Shown here one piece after another: positions 30,768 through 41,293 of a stretch of DNA of 64,000 nt. The DNA is from an uncultured Actinomycetes bacterium (GTDB lineage: Bacteria; Actinomycetota; Thermoleophilia; UBA2241). A program made the translations under genes and the position numbers. Each line of letters starts with the position of its first letter. Position 1 is the stretch's first letter. The notes beneath the pieces are model-generated. The model saw nothing but the letters and a program-made list of their open reading frames with translations, was not told the DNA's origin and searched no databases. The stretch lies in contig CAVPVX010000010.1 in the NCBI GenBank assembly GCA_963709345.1, positions 173,788 through 237,787 of the forward strand. Reading direction: 5' to 3'.

Positions 30768-31553
30768 CTACAGCCGCCGCAGCGCCTTGTTCACCTGTTT
30801 CACGTCCATCCCGCTGCGCATGCTCGACGAGTACAGGATCCGGATGGCGGCCGCGTCGTTCTGGCTCCAGTTCGTCACGGAACTGGCGTAGTAGAGGACG
30901 CTGCGCCGCTCGTAGCTCCGCCCGCGGAAGTGGCCGTTGAAGCCGAGCGCGTGTGTCAGCTCGTGGATCACGGTGGCTTTGCGCTGCCCTTGCGATCTCA
31001 TGGCTCCGGCATCGACCTTGATGTCGGCGCTGATCAGCCCCGGCGGCCCCACGTAGTACTGGGTGGCGCAGTTGCCCACCGAGTCCGTGTCGGCGATGGT
31101 CTGGCGGTAGTCGCCGTGCGAGAGATACTCGATGGTGATCTCCGCCTTCCCGTCTACCACCACGAATCTGACCGCTTCCTGGATGCGGTTGAGGCGGCGC
31201 GTCAGCGTCGTCACGTAGCGCTGCATGCCGGGCCCGCCGCTGTTCAGGATGTCGATCCTCACGCGGCGCCTGTCCCACCGGGCCAGAATGCCGGTGAGCG
31301 AGCCCGGGCCATCGGCGTCGGCGAACACCATGCGCGTGAAGTAGCGGCGGAACCACGCCTTGCGCGCGACGGTGCGCGTGTACCGGGGGAGGGAGGACAC
31401 CGAGACCGCTCGCGTGGGCCGCCCGTCGCCGGATCCGTCGGTTCCGCGCAGCCACGTATCTGCCCACTGCCCCGGCCAGCCGAAGAAGTGCACGGCGGCG
31501 CCGGCGATGACGACGACCAAGATGATGGAGACGAGGTTGCGGATGATGCGCAT
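30768..31553 (-). CDS. Membrane-anchored zinc metallopeptidase (matrixin/DUF2927-like)
   Basis: N-terminal TM helix; HELTHALGFNGH (HExxHxxGxxH-like); D...IRILY. Confidence 0.75.
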   Translation of the reverse strand: MRIIRNLVSIILVVVIAGAAVHFFGWPGQWADTWLRGTDGSGDGRPTRAVSVSSLPRYTRTVARKAWFRRYFTRMVFADADGPGSLTGILARWDRRRVRIDILNSGGPGMQRYVTTLTRRLNRIQEAVRFVVVDGKAEITIEYLSHGDYRQTIADTDSVGNCATQYYVGPPGLISADIKVDAGAMRSQGQRKATVIHELTHALGFNGHFRGRSYERRSVLYYASSVTNWSQNDAAAIRILYSSSMRSGMDVKQVNKALRRL

Positions 31554-31656
31554 GGGCTCAGGGGGTCGGCAGAGTTGACGGTGATGGCGGGATCGATCCC
31601 GTCCTCGAGTATACGACGTGTTCGGAGGGCGGGTCGGATGCGCCGTCTGGCTGCCG

Positions 31657-33732
31657 TCAGCCCAGATTCTCGATCGTGACCGGCTCGATCGCGTCGGCTG
31701 GCGTGAATCCGAACACGCGGCCGTAGAAGTACAGCTCGGCCTCCTGCGCGCGGATGATGTTCTCCGCCTTGCGGAAGCCGTGCTGCTCGCCCTCGAAGGC
31801 CAGGTAGGCGTACGGCAGCCCATTGGCCCGCATCGCCTCGACGATGATCTCGGCCTGTCTGGGCGGCACGATCACGTCCTCCAGCCCCTGCAGCAGGATC
31901 ACCGGGCAGGTGATGCCGTCCACGTGATGGATGGGGGAGCGCTCCCGGTACACCTCGCGCCGCTCCGGATACGGACCGACGAGGCTGTCGAGGTAGCGCG
32001 ACTCGAACTTGTGCGTGCCGCCGGTCGCGAACATCTCGAGGTCGGCGAGGCCGAAGAGGCTTGCGCCGGCGTTGAAGAAGCTGTGGCGGGTGAGCGCGTT
32101 GAGCGTTGTGTAGCCGCCGGCGCTGCCGCCGCGCACGCCGACGCGGGCGGGGTCGGCGTCGCCGCGCGCGACGAGGTACCTGGCGGCGTTGATGCAGTCG
32201 ACGGTGTCGACGACGCCCCAGCGGCCGCGCAGCCTTTCGCGGTACTCGCGGCCGTAGCCCGTGGAGCCGCCGTAATTGACGTCGACGACGGCGAAGCCCC
32301 GCGAGGTCCAGTACTGCACGTCGAGGTCGAGCATCGCCTCGTGCGCGGAGGTGGGGCCGCCGTGGCTGATCACCAGCAGCGGCGGCCGCTCGCCTGCCGG
32401 CGCGGCGAAGTCGGGGTTGGCCGGCGGGTAGTGGTTGGCGTGAGCGCTGAGGCCGTCGTCTGTTGGGAAGACGATCGCCTCCGGCCGGCTGATGTACGAC
32501 GGGTCGATAGGCGCCGGGCGGCCGCGTCGCACCACTTCGCAGTCGCCGCGCGACGGGTCGAGCACGGCCACCTGCAGGCCTTCGGTGTGGCTCCCGGCGA
32601 TGAGGCCGACGCGGTCGCCCAGCGGTGTGAGCGAGTAGACGACGGTGTAGGCAGTCTCGAGTTCGCGGAGTCGGGCTGCCGGGCTGCCGGGCAGGCCGTT
32701 CTCGAGCACGGCGAGGTGGTCGCGGCCGCCCTCGGTGAAGCAGACCACGAGCGTGCCGTCGTCCAGAGCCACCGAGTGCTGCAGGCCGAAGACCCAGGGC
32801 GCCTTGGCGAACTCGGCGGCGAGCGGGGCGAGCGGGCGCGCCGGCCCTCGCGCCGCAGCGTCGGCGTCAACCACGTAGAGGTTCCACCAGCCCGTGCGGT
32901 CGCTGCTGAAGAGCAGATCGCCTGCCGGGCTCCAGAAGGGCTGGATGACCGACTCTCCGTCACCGCCGGCGGTGAGTCGCTCGCCGCGCAGCGCGCCGTC
33001 GCCGGCGAGGTCGGCCGTCCACAGCTCGGCTCCGTCCCACGGCATGAGCGGGTGGTCCCAGCTCAGCCACGCGAGCCGCGATCCGTCCGGGCTGAGCCTC
33101 GGCGCCGCGTAGAAGTCGCGCCCGCCGGCGATCGTGCGAGGCGGAGCGGACCCGTCGGTGGGCAGCGAGACCAGCTCGTTGACCACCGAGCCGTCGGCCT
33201 CATGACGCTCGCGCACGCAGATCGCCACGCGCCCGTCCGGGGTGGCGCGCCCGTCGGCGTAGCGGTGGGCGCGGGCCGCCGCCGACTCCGGGGTGATGGG
33301 CTGCGGGTCGGTCCATCGGGCTTTGGCCTCAGGCGCCGCGACCAGATCCTGCCGGTAGAGCCGCTGGTCGGCCTGATCGCTGAAGAGCACGCTCTCGGCG
33401 CCGCGCTCGTTGCGAAAGGCGGCGTACATGCCGCCGCCGTACTCGTGCACGAGCGTGCGAGCGCTGACGCCGGGCGGAGTGACGTCGGCGATCTCGCCGC
33501 CCGGCCCGCGGCGGACGACCGCGTAGCGGCCGTCCTCGAGCGGGCGCAACTCCACCCAGTACAGACTCTCGCCGACGCTCTGCGGCCACATCGTGGCGAC
33601 GCCGCCCTCGGCGATGAGCCGGGCGGTGACGGGTGACCGCCAGGAGCCGTACGGCGCGACGCATGGCCGGGCCCCCTCGCCGGCGGCCGGCTCGCGGCTC
33701 ACACTCGCCGGCCGCTTCTTGTGGTCGCTCAT
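31657..33732 (-). CDS. S9 family peptidase (dipeptidyl aminopeptidase/acylaminoacyl peptidase)
   Basis: APYGSW.SP, HGGPT, VNYGGSTGYGR, GGSAGG nucleophile, QG.ED..V, EQHGF. Confidence 0.93.
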   Translation of the reverse strand: MSDHKKRPASVSREPAAGEGARPCVAPYGSWRSPVTARLIAEGGVATMWPQSVGESLYWVELRPLEDGRYAVVRRGPGGEIADVTPPGVSARTLVHEYGGGMYAAFRNERGAESVLFSDQADQRLYRQDLVAAPEAKARWTDPQPITPESAAARAHRYADGRATPDGRVAICVRERHEADGSVVNELVSLPTDGSAPPRTIAGGRDFYAAPRLSPDGSRLAWLSWDHPLMPWDGAELWTADLAGDGALRGERLTAGGDGESVIQPFWSPAGDLLFSSDRTGWWNLYVVDADAAARGPARPLAPLAAEFAKAPWVFGLQHSVALDDGTLVVCFTEGGRDHLAVLENGLPGSPAARLRELETAYTVVYSLTPLGDRVGLIAGSHTEGLQVAVLDPSRGDCEVVRRGRPAPIDPSYISRPEAIVFPTDDGLSAHANHYPPANPDFAAPAGERPPLLVISHGGPTSAHEAMLDLDVQYWTSRGFAVVDVNYGGSTGYGREYRERLRGRWGVVDTVDCINAARYLVARGDADPARVGVRGGSAGGYTTLNALTRHSFFNAGASLFGLADLEMFATGGTHKFESRYLDSLVGPYPERREVYRERSPIHHVDGITCPVILLQGLEDVIVPPRQAEIIVEAMRANGLPYAYLAFEGEQHGFRKAENIIRAQEAELYFYGRVFGFTPADAIEPVTIENLG

Positions 33733-33846
33733 CGCGCTCCCCGTTCGGCTCATGCGCGAGGCGGGCGCGGGCGACTGGAGGGGCCATCCGCGCCCGCTCG
33801 CCGTGCCCGCTGGGCGGGCGGCTCTGCCGCCGCCCCGCCCCGCGGT

Positions 33847-34167
33847 CTACTTCACCCTGATCGTGTAGGCGCGCGAGATGCCGGCGGCGTTGACGGCGCC
33901 GCCGGGGAACCAGGCGCGCAGCACGTGAGTGCCCTTGGGCAGACGGACGCCGCCCCTTCCGTCCTTCACGCTCACCGTCTTGAAGTCGGCCCAGCGCCCG
34001 CCGGTCTTGCGCTGCAGCCGGGCCTTGCCCGCGGCGGCGCTCGGCCTGACGTGCACCTCCAGCGGGATCTGCTGAGGCGTAGTGGCGCTCATGGTCGTGA
34101 GCATGTTGCCGTTCAGCGGTGCCGGCCGCGCTGCGCGAGCGACGAAACGACAAGAATGGGATGACAT
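33847..34167 (-). CDS. Small hypothetical protein, apparently a lone C-terminal Ig-like domain of a secreted protein (possibly internally deleted)
   Basis: RBS GGGAGG; beta-rich LQRK.GGRW...K, LRAWFPG...A.S pattern like C-terminal domains of surface proteins. Confidence 0.45.
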   Translation of the reverse strand: MSSHSCRFVARAARPAPLNGNMLTTMSATTPQQIPLEVHVRPSAAAGKARLQRKTGGRWADFKTVSVKDGRGGVRLPKGTHVLRAWFPGGAVNAAGISRAYTIRVK

Positions 34168-34348
34168 GGTCCCTCCCAGTGCTCCACGTGCGGCGGCCTG
34201 CCGGCCGCCGCACAAGCAAATATCGTACACCCGGGAGCAAGCCGTCGATCGCGGCGGGGGCCTGTCGGATGGTAGACGTATCGGCGGCCGGGCGCCCGGC
34301 CGCCCGGCCGAACGGCGGCGAGTCCTCGGCCGCCGCGGAGGCGAGCCG

Positions 34349-36778
34349 TCAGCCGCCGCGATGCTCGATGCGGAACACGTGGTGCCGGTTGGCGCCGCGC
34401 TCGCAGTCGAAGGCGAGGGTGGAGCGCGAGGAATCCTTGACGTCGAGGCCGGTGAGCTCCGCACGGTCGAGGTGGAAGTTGCGCGCGTTGGTGGCGAAGA
34501 GCAGGGTGCCGCCCGGGGCCAGGAGGCGGCGGGCGGTGAGGCGGATGAGGTCGGCGTGGTCGCGCTGCACGTCGAAGGTGGCGCGACCCATGCGCTTGGA
34601 GTTGCTGAAGGTCGGCGGGTCCAGCCAGATGAGGTCGTACTGGCCGCCCGCCTCGGCGATCCAGCGCAGGCAGTCGGCCTGCACGAGGGTGTGGGGAGCC
34701 GGCGGGGCGCCCGCCTCACGAGCGCTGCCGTCCGGCGGCGGCCAGACCTCAGTGACGGTTTCGAACCCGTTCGCGGCGAGGTTGCGCCGCGCCCAGTCGA
34801 GGTAGGTCGCCGAGAGGTCCACGCTCGTCGATGAGGAGGAGCCGCCGGCCAGGGCGTTGACCGTCATCGCCCCGGTGTACGCGAAGAGGTTGAGGAAGCG
34901 GCGGCCGCCCGCCATCCGGCGGACGAGGCGTCGCGTGAGGCGCTGGTCGATGAAGAAGCCGGTGTCGAGGTAGGTGTCGAGGTCGATGAGGTAGGTGAGG
35001 TCGTCCTCGGTGACGGGAAGCAGGGCGCTGCGGTCGGCGCGGCGCTCGTACTGGGCCGCGCCGCGCTGCCGACGCCGCTGTTTGAGCACCACGTGGTCGG
35101 GCGGCGCCTGGAGCACGGCGCCGATGACGTCGAGCGCCTCGGCCAGCCGTCGCTCCGCCTTGGAAGGGTCGATCTCGGGAGGAGCCGCGTACTCTTGTAC
35201 GTGCACCCGTTCGCCGTAGACGTCGACGACGAGGTTGTACTCGGGCATGTCGGCGTCGTAGAGGCGGTAGCAGGTGATGCCCTCGCGCTTCAGCCGTCGT
35301 CCGAGGCGGCGCTGGTTCTTGCGCAGGCGGTTGGCGAGGTACTCCGCGCCGCCGCCGAGCATGCCGCGATGGGGCTGGACGCCTGTGGCGGGCTCGGCAG
35401 GCGGGCGCTCGGCGCGTCCATCGGCCGGCGTGCCGCCTGCCTGCGCAGGGGCTGCTACGGGTGCGCTCGCTGAGGAGGCATTGGGCGCTTCCGCGGGGGC
35501 GGCTTCGGACGCCCTGGGAGCCGCCGAGCGCACGGCGGCGCGCGCGCTGCGCGGCGCCTCGGCCGGCGTCTGCGCGCCGGCCTCGCAGTACGCGAGAAGG
35601 CAGGTCAGCGGCCCGTTGCGCAGCTCCGTCTCGCGCTTGGCCGTGAGCCCGAGGGCCTTGATCTGCCGGCGGCCGCCGGCGAGGACGGCCGCGCTCCATC
35701 CGGGGAAGGCCGTGCGCAGCCGCTCGCCGAGCAGCCGGTAGACGGCCTCGGCGTCGGCGGTCTCCGCGAGACGCTCGCCGTACGGCGCGTTGGTGGCCAG
35801 CAGGCCGTGGGTCGCCGGGGGCAAGGCGGTTGCCAGGTCGGCCTGCTCGATGACGACCAGGCCTTGCAGGCCGGCGTTGGCGACACAATCGCGCGCCAGC
35901 TTGACGGCGTGGGCATCGCGGTCGGAGCCGCGGATGAGCTGGCCGGGACGCGCCGTCGCAAGGCGCTTGAGCCCGGCGGTGCGTCGCTCGCGGGCCTCCG
36001 TCACGATGCTCTTCCACAGCGCTGCGTCGTGGCCGAGCCAGCGCAGGAAGCCGAACGGCGGCGCCTTCGCCTGCGGGCTCGAGGGCATGTCGGCGCGGAT
36101 GAGCCCGGGCGCGACGTCGGCCGCCATGAGGGCCGCCTCGATGGGCAGCGTGCCCGACCCGCAGAGCGGGTCCAGCAGGCTGCCTCCGGAGGCGGCCTCC
36201 TTCGGCCACGCCGCGTAGAGCAGCACGCCGGCGGCGAGGTTCTCCTTGAGCGGCGCCTCGACCTGCACCCTGTCGGTGCGGTAGCCGCGCCGGTGCAGGC
36301 TCTGGCCGCTGAGATCGATCGAGATGGTCACGCGCTCGCCGGCGAGGCGCACGTTGACGCGCACGTCCGGGGCGCGCGGGTCCACCGACGGGCGCCCCCC
36401 CGTCTTCTCGCGGAACTGGTCGACGATCGCGTCCTTGACGCGCACGGCCCCGTAGCGGGTGTCGCGGATGGTGTCGCTCACCCCGGCGAAGTCGACGGCC
36501 AGCGTCCCGCCTGCCTTGAGGTGGAGCGACCAGTCCACGCCGAGCGCCGTCCGATAGAGTTCCTCGCCGTCGCCCGCGGGGCCGTTCTTGACCGGCAGCA
36601 GCACCCGGCCTCCGACGCGGGACCAGAGACAGGCGCGGTACGCGGTCTCGAGCGAGCCCGTGAACGACACGCCGGCGCGGACCTGCTTGACGCGTGCCGC
36701 GCCGAGGTCGCGCAGCTCGCCTGCAAGCAGGGACTCGAGACCGCGAGGGACGGTGACGAAGAGGGGGAGGTCGCTCAC
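34349..36778 (-). CDS. rlmKL: Bifunctional 23S rRNA m2G2445/m7G2069 methyltransferase
   Basis: THUMP domain, SLHRRGYR, APLKENLAA, DPLCGSGT, N.PYGER; second half NRLRKN, YRLYDADMPEY, YLDTG, FLNLFAYTG, DPPTFSNSKRM. Confidence 0.95.
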   Translation of the reverse strand: MSDLPLFVTVPRGLESLLAGELRDLGAARVKQVRAGVSFTGSLETAYRACLWSRVGGRVLLPVKNGPAGDGEELYRTALGVDWSLHLKAGGTLAVDFAGVSDTIRDTRYGAVRVKDAIVDQFREKTGGRPSVDPRAPDVRVNVRLAGERVTISIDLSGQSLHRRGYRTDRVQVEAPLKENLAAGVLLYAAWPKEAASGGSLLDPLCGSGTLPIEAALMAADVAPGLIRADMPSSPQAKAPPFGFLRWLGHDAALWKSIVTEARERRTAGLKRLATARPGQLIRGSDRDAHAVKLARDCVANAGLQGLVVIEQADLATALPPATHGLLATNAPYGERLAETADAEAVYRLLGERLRTAFPGWSAAVLAGGRRQIKALGLTAKRETELRNGPLTCLLAYCEAGAQTPAEAPRSARAAVRSAAPRASEAAPAEAPNASSASAPVAAPAQAGGTPADGRAERPPAEPATGVQPHRGMLGGGAEYLANRLRKNQRRLGRRLKREGITCYRLYDADMPEYNLVVDVYGERVHVQEYAAPPEIDPSKAERRLAEALDVIGAVLQAPPDHVVLKQRRRQRGAAQYERRADRSALLPVTEDDLTYLIDLDTYLDTGFFIDQRLTRRLVRRMAGGRRFLNLFAYTGAMTVNALAGGSSSSTSVDLSATYLDWARRNLAANGFETVTEVWPPPDGSAREAGAPPAPHTLVQADCLRWIAEAGGQYDLIWLDPPTFSNSKRMGRATFDVQRDHADLIRLTARRLLAPGGTLLFATNARNFHLDRAELTGLDVKDSSRSTLAFDCERGANRHHVFRIEHRGG

Positions 36779-36976
36779 CGCGCAAGGCTACCACGCCTGT
36801 GACGGCGGCGTGGTCGTGTCACCGTCGTACCTCCGTCGGCGTAGCCGCTTCGGCGGCCAACGGCCGCGTGGGATGCAGGCATTCAAGCCCGCGCCTAGAA
36901 TCGACGAAGAAGAGGGTAACACCCGCCTGGGTGACGAGGCCAAGTCGCGCCGCGCGGGTTCTTCGGGGAGGTAGCC

Positions 36977-38359
36977 GTGCTTCGTCATCTGCTCATCTTT
37001 GTCGTAGCTCTCGCGCTGCTGGTGCCGGGCGCCATCAGCGTGGTCACGAACGCCTCGAGCGCCTCGCCGGACCTCACGGACGCGCTTGTGGTCCCGGCGC
37101 AGCCCGTTCCCGATACCAAGCCGACGATCGTCCCCACCGTCAGCCCGTCCCCAGGTGACATCACGCCGCCGGTCACCACGGCCACCGGCGCCGGCGCCGG
37201 GTGGCGCAAGACGCCGGCCACCGTGCGGTTCTCGGCGACCGACGCCGAGTCGGGCGTCGCCGCCACCGTCTACAAGGTCGGGAGCGGCCCGTGGGTCGTC
37301 GGCAACCAGGTCGTCGTCAAGGCGCCCAAGGATCACAGCGACGACGGCGAGCACGTGATCACGTACTACTCCGTCGACAACGCGCTCAACGAAGAGGCGG
37401 CCAGGACGGTCACCGTCAAGATCGACACGCGGCCCCCGTACTTCGCCTGGCGCAGCGTGTCACCCAACCTGATCCGGCGCATCCAGAGCGTCCACCTGCG
37501 CTTCAACGTGACCGAGCGCACCGGCCCCGTGAGCGTTGCGTACACGGTCACCGACCAGTACGGCTACCTCGCGGTGAAGAAGTCGGGGCTCAAGCGGGCG
37601 GCCGGGGCACGGAGCGTCGACGTCGTACCGCGGTACAAGAACGGCAAGGGCTTCGCGCCCGGCGTGTACCGCGTGCAGATCACGATCACCGACGAAGCCG
37701 GCAACAGCACCGTGAGCAAGCGCCGGAGCTTCCGCAACTACCGTCCGACGAGCGGCCGCGTGTGGAGGCGGGTGAGCGGCGCCGGTAAGCGCGTCGCGCT
37801 CACCTTCGACGACGGCGGGGCCGGGCCGTGGCAGAGCATGCTCAACACCTTCAAGCGCTACAACATGCACGGCACGTTCTTCCCGCTCGGCGGATACGCG
37901 GCGGCGAGTCCCAGTCTCATGCGCCGCACGGTGCGCGAGGGTCACGGCGTCGGCGCGCACGGCTGGACGCACACCGCCATGACCCGTCAGAGCGCCTCGG
38001 CGGTGCAGAGCGAGTGGCTACGCAACACCGCGCCGTGGTGGAGCGCGACCGGCTACTCACCGGTCCCGTACTGCCGGCCGCCGTACGGCGACATGAACGG
38101 CGGCACCACGTCGGCCTCCGCCGCTATCGGCTTCAATCGCGTGATCCTCTGGGACGTCGACCCCCAAGACTGGGCGTCGCCCGGCTCGGGCGTGATCGCC
38201 TCGAGAGTGCTGTCACGGGTGAGGCCCGGCTCCATCGTCTGCATGCACCTCACGTCGCAGACCGCCGCGGCCCTGCCGACGATCCTCAGGGGTCTCAAGT
38301 CCCGGGGCTACAAGGCCGTGAGCCTCCCCGAGTTGTTCCACGCCGCCGGCTACCGCTGA
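36977..38359 (+). CDS. Secreted polysaccharide deacetylase (NodB) with N-terminal Ig-like domains
   Basis: Signal peptide; YYSVD..N.E Ig repeat; ALTFDDG, HGWTH, RPPYG, WDVDP.DW, I..MH. Confidence 0.88.
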   Translation: MLRHLLIFVVALALLVPGAISVVTNASSASPDLTDALVVPAQPVPDTKPTIVPTVSPSPGDITPPVTTATGAGAGWRKTPATVRFSATDAESGVAATVYKVGSGPWVVGNQVVVKAPKDHSDDGEHVITYYSVDNALNEEAARTVTVKIDTRPPYFAWRSVSPNLIRRIQSVHLRFNVTERTGPVSVAYTVTDQYGYLAVKKSGLKRAAGARSVDVVPRYKNGKGFAPGVYRVQITITDEAGNSTVSKRRSFRNYRPTSGRVWRRVSGAGKRVALTFDDGGAGPWQSMLNTFKRYNMHGTFFPLGGYAAASPSLMRRTVREGHGVGAHGWTHTAMTRQSASAVQSEWLRNTAPWWSATGYSPVPYCRPPYGDMNGGTTSASAAIGFNRVILWDVDPQDWASPGSGVIASRVLSRVRPGSIVCMHLTSQTAAALPTILRGLKSRGYKAVSLPELFHAAGYR

Positions 38360-38423
38360 CGCTCGTCCGGCGGCGGGCGGCCGCCTCGCGGCGACGCTTG
38401 CCGAAGGCCCCGCGCCGGAACCG

Positions 38424-40370
38424 TCAGACCAGCGCGCCGGGGGCCGAGCCGCCGGTGGCGCGCTCGGCGATCGCCTCGAGGAATGCGTCGCCGTACCGTT
38501 CCAGCTTGGTCTGCCCCACACCCGTGACCTCGAGCAACTCCGCGTACGTGGCGGGACGGCGGGCGGCCATCTCAGCCAGGGTCGCGTCGCTGAACACGAC
38601 GTAGGCCGGCACATTCTGCTCGTCGGCCAGCCGCTTGCGCAGGGCGCGGAGCGCCTCGAACAGCACCTCGTCGACCGGCAACCCGGCGAGTTCGGCCGCG
38701 CGCCCGGCCTGCGCCGCGCGCAGGCGCTGCTTCTTGGTCGGCACGCGGGTGCGCGGCCTGGCCAGCGTCAGCGACTGCTCGCCGCGGAGCAGCGGCCGCG
38801 CCGCCTCCGTAAGGCGCAGCGCCGAGAAGCGGGCGATGTCCTGCGCCAGGTAGCCGCGGTGGATGAGCTGGCGCATGAGGCTCTGCCAGTGGTCGCGGCT
38901 GAGCTCGGCGCCGATGCCGAAGGTGCTGAGCTCGTCGTGCCCGCGGCTCAGCACCTTGTCGTTCTCCGAGCCGCGCAGGACATCGATGACGTAGGCCACG
39001 CCGTAGCCGAACCCGTCGCGCTCGTGTAGCCGGTACACACAGCTCAGCGCCATCTGCGCCTGCTCGGTCGCGTCGAAGGTCTCAGGCGGATCCAGGCAGA
39101 TGTCGCAGTTGCCGCACGGCGCCGGGTACGCCTCGCCGAAGTAGCCGAGCAGCGCCTCTCGCCGGCAGCTGAGCCCGTCGGCGTAGCCGACCATCGCGTT
39201 GAGCTTGTGGGTCTCGACGCGCACCCGATCCGGGTCGCGCTCGACGTCCTCGTCGCCGTTCGGCCCGGTGCGGCCGCGGCCGCCGCCCTCGATGAGGCTG
39301 CGCACGACGGCGGCGTCGCCGAGGCCGAAGAGCAGCAGGGCCTCGGCCGCCAGCCCGTCGCGGCCCGAGCGGCCCGTCTCCTGGTAGTAGCTCTCGATGC
39401 TCTTGGGCAGGTCGTAGTGGACGACGAAGCGCACGTCGCTCTTGTCGATGCCCATGCCGAAGGCCACGGTGGCGACCACCACGGCGACCTCGTCGCGGGC
39501 GAAGGCGTCCTGGGTGCGTCGCCGCTCGTCCGCCGGTAAGCCGGCGTGGTAGGCGGCGGCGCTCACGCCGTGGGCGCGCAGCTTTCCGGCGACCTCCTCG
39601 GTGCGCTTGCGCGAGAGGCAGTAGACGATGCCCGACTCGCCCTCGTGCGCGCCGAGAAAGCCGACCAGCTGGTGGAGCGGCTCGCGCTTCTCGACCACGG
39701 TGTAGCGGATGTTGGGCCGGTCGAAGCCGCTGACGAAGAGCGGCGCGTCGGCCAGCCCCAGACGCTCGCGCACGTCCTGGCGCGTCTCGGGGTCGGCGGT
39801 CGCCGTGCAGGCGAGGATCGGGACGGCGGGGAACAGGTCGCGCAGCCGGCCCAGCTGGACGTACTCCGGGCGGAAGTCGTGGCCCCACTGGCTGACGCAG
39901 TGCGCCTCGTCGATGGCGAAGAGGGCGATTCCGTCGCCGTCGGCCAGCTCGCGCAGGCGGTCGAGGAAGGACGGCATCATGAGCGTCTCGGGCGCGACGT
40001 AGAGGAGGTCGAGCTCGCCGCCGTGCAGGGCGCGCAGGACGCTGCGCGCCTCGTCGGCCTCGAGTGAGGAGTTGTACGCGGCAGCGCCGACGCCGTCCGC
40101 CCGCAGCGCGTCGACCTGGTCCTTCATCAGCGAGATGAGCGGCGACACGACGACGCCGGTGCCGGGTCGCACCATGGCCGGCAGCTGGTAGCAGAGCGAC
40201 TTGCCGCCGCCGGTGGGCATGAGGACGAAGGCGTCGCCTCCGGCGACCATGTGGTCGACGATCTCCTCCTGGTCCGACAGGTACTCGGTGAAGCCGAAGA
40301 CGTCGCGCAGCAGGGCGCGAGCGGAGCGCGGCGACGCCGCGGAGCCGGTGGGGGTGGAAGCCGGGATCAC
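38424..40370 (-). CDS. recQ: ATP-dependent DNA helicase RecQ
   Basis: MPTGGGKSLCYQ, IDEAHCVSQWGHDFRP, TATA, ATVAFGMGIDK, QETGRSGRDG, Zn C..CD.C, RQC and HRDC (PAYVVFSDATL); TAGACT-7nt-GTG. Confidence 0.96.
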   Translation of the reverse strand: MIPASTPTGSAASPRSARALLRDVFGFTEYLSDQEEIVDHMVAGGDAFVLMPTGGGKSLCYQLPAMVRPGTGVVVSPLISLMKDQVDALRADGVGAAAYNSSLEADEARSVLRALHGGELDLLYVAPETLMMPSFLDRLRELADGDGIALFAIDEAHCVSQWGHDFRPEYVQLGRLRDLFPAVPILACTATADPETRQDVRERLGLADAPLFVSGFDRPNIRYTVVEKREPLHQLVGFLGAHEGESGIVYCLSRKRTEEVAGKLRAHGVSAAAYHAGLPADERRRTQDAFARDEVAVVVATVAFGMGIDKSDVRFVVHYDLPKSIESYYQETGRSGRDGLAAEALLLFGLGDAAVVRSLIEGGGRGRTGPNGDEDVERDPDRVRVETHKLNAMVGYADGLSCRREALLGYFGEAYPAPCGNCDICLDPPETFDATEQAQMALSCVYRLHERDGFGYGVAYVIDVLRGSENDKVLSRGHDELSTFGIGAELSRDHWQSLMRQLIHRGYLAQDIARFSALRLTEAARPLLRGEQSLTLARPRTRVPTKKQRLRAAQAGRAAELAGLPVDEVLFEALRALRKRLADEQNVPAYVVFSDATLAEMAARRPATYAELLEVTGVGQTKLERYGDAFLEAIAERATGGSAPGALV

Positions 40371-40474
40371 GCCGTCGAGTCTAGCAAGGTTGACGGACGC
40401 ACGAGTCGGGGCCGGGTGCGCTCGCGGCGAAGGGCCGGCCGCCACGGGTAAGATAGCCGTCGAGGAGGTTCGTC

Positions 40475-40918
40475 ATGAAGTACAGCTCAGCCCGGCTCGG
40501 CCGCGTCATCGTCATCCGTCTCGAGGACGGTGACGTCGTGCACGAGTGCATCGAGGAGGCGGCGCGAGCCGAAGGCATCGCGCGCGCCGCCGTCATCCTG
40601 CTCGGCGGTGCCGACGGAGGCAGCCGGGTGGTCGTCGGCCCGGAGGACGGCCGCGCCGACCCCATCGTGCCCATGGAGCGCCTGCTCGACGACGTGCACG
40701 AGATGGCCGGCGCCGGCACGATCTTCCCGGACGAGAGCGGCCGGCCGGTGCTGCACCTGCACGCGGCCTTCGGCCGCGACGACCAGGTGACCGCCGGCTG
40801 CATCCGCAGCGGCGTCACGACCTGGGTCGTCGGCGAGGCCGTGGTCATCGAGCTCACCGCCAGCGCGGCGGTCCGGCGCGTCGATCGGGCTACGGGATTC
40901 GAACTGCTCGACGCCTGA
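40475..40918 (+). CDS. PPC/DUF296 domain protein
   Basis: IRLEDGD, E..G.GTI, LHLHAAFG; RBS GAGGAGG. Confidence 0.88.
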   Translation: MKYSSARLGRVIVIRLEDGDVVHECIEEAARAEGIARAAVILLGGADGGSRVVVGPEDGRADPIVPMERLLDDVHEMAGAGTIFPDESGRPVLHLHAAFGRDDQVTAGCIRSGVTTWVVGEAVVIELTASAAVRRVDRATGFELLDA

Positions 40919-41138
40919 GTGATCTCAGGCCGCCGCCCGGCGGCGAGACCCGGCCGGCCGGACCGCCGCGACCTGGGCGCGCGCATGGAGGTGGCTGTCA
41001 ACGTTGTCGACCGAGGCGAGCGCCGACCCCGTCCCCGAAGGCGTGCCGCAGGCGTTCGCGGCCCGGGCATGCTTCGCGCGGGCTGCCGCGGTCCTTGTCG
41101 CGCGGCCACCGCCAGGCCTCGCTGAGCCGCGCCTCCCT

Positions 41139-41169
41139 CAGGGTCCGCCGGCCTGGCCGGCGGACCCTG
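41139..41169. repeat. Perfect 15-bp inverted repeat
   Basis: CAGGGTCCGCCGGCC-T-GGCCGGCGGACCCTG. Confidence 0.85.
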
Positions 41170-41293
41170 GGACGTTCCCCGGGCAGCGGTCCCGGGCGTC
41201 AGCCCGCGGCCGGTCGTCCGCACTCCTGCCGCGGCCTGTCGCATCGTTTGCGCCTGTGCGAGAATGCCGTCAGGCGACATGGGGAGGCGGACC

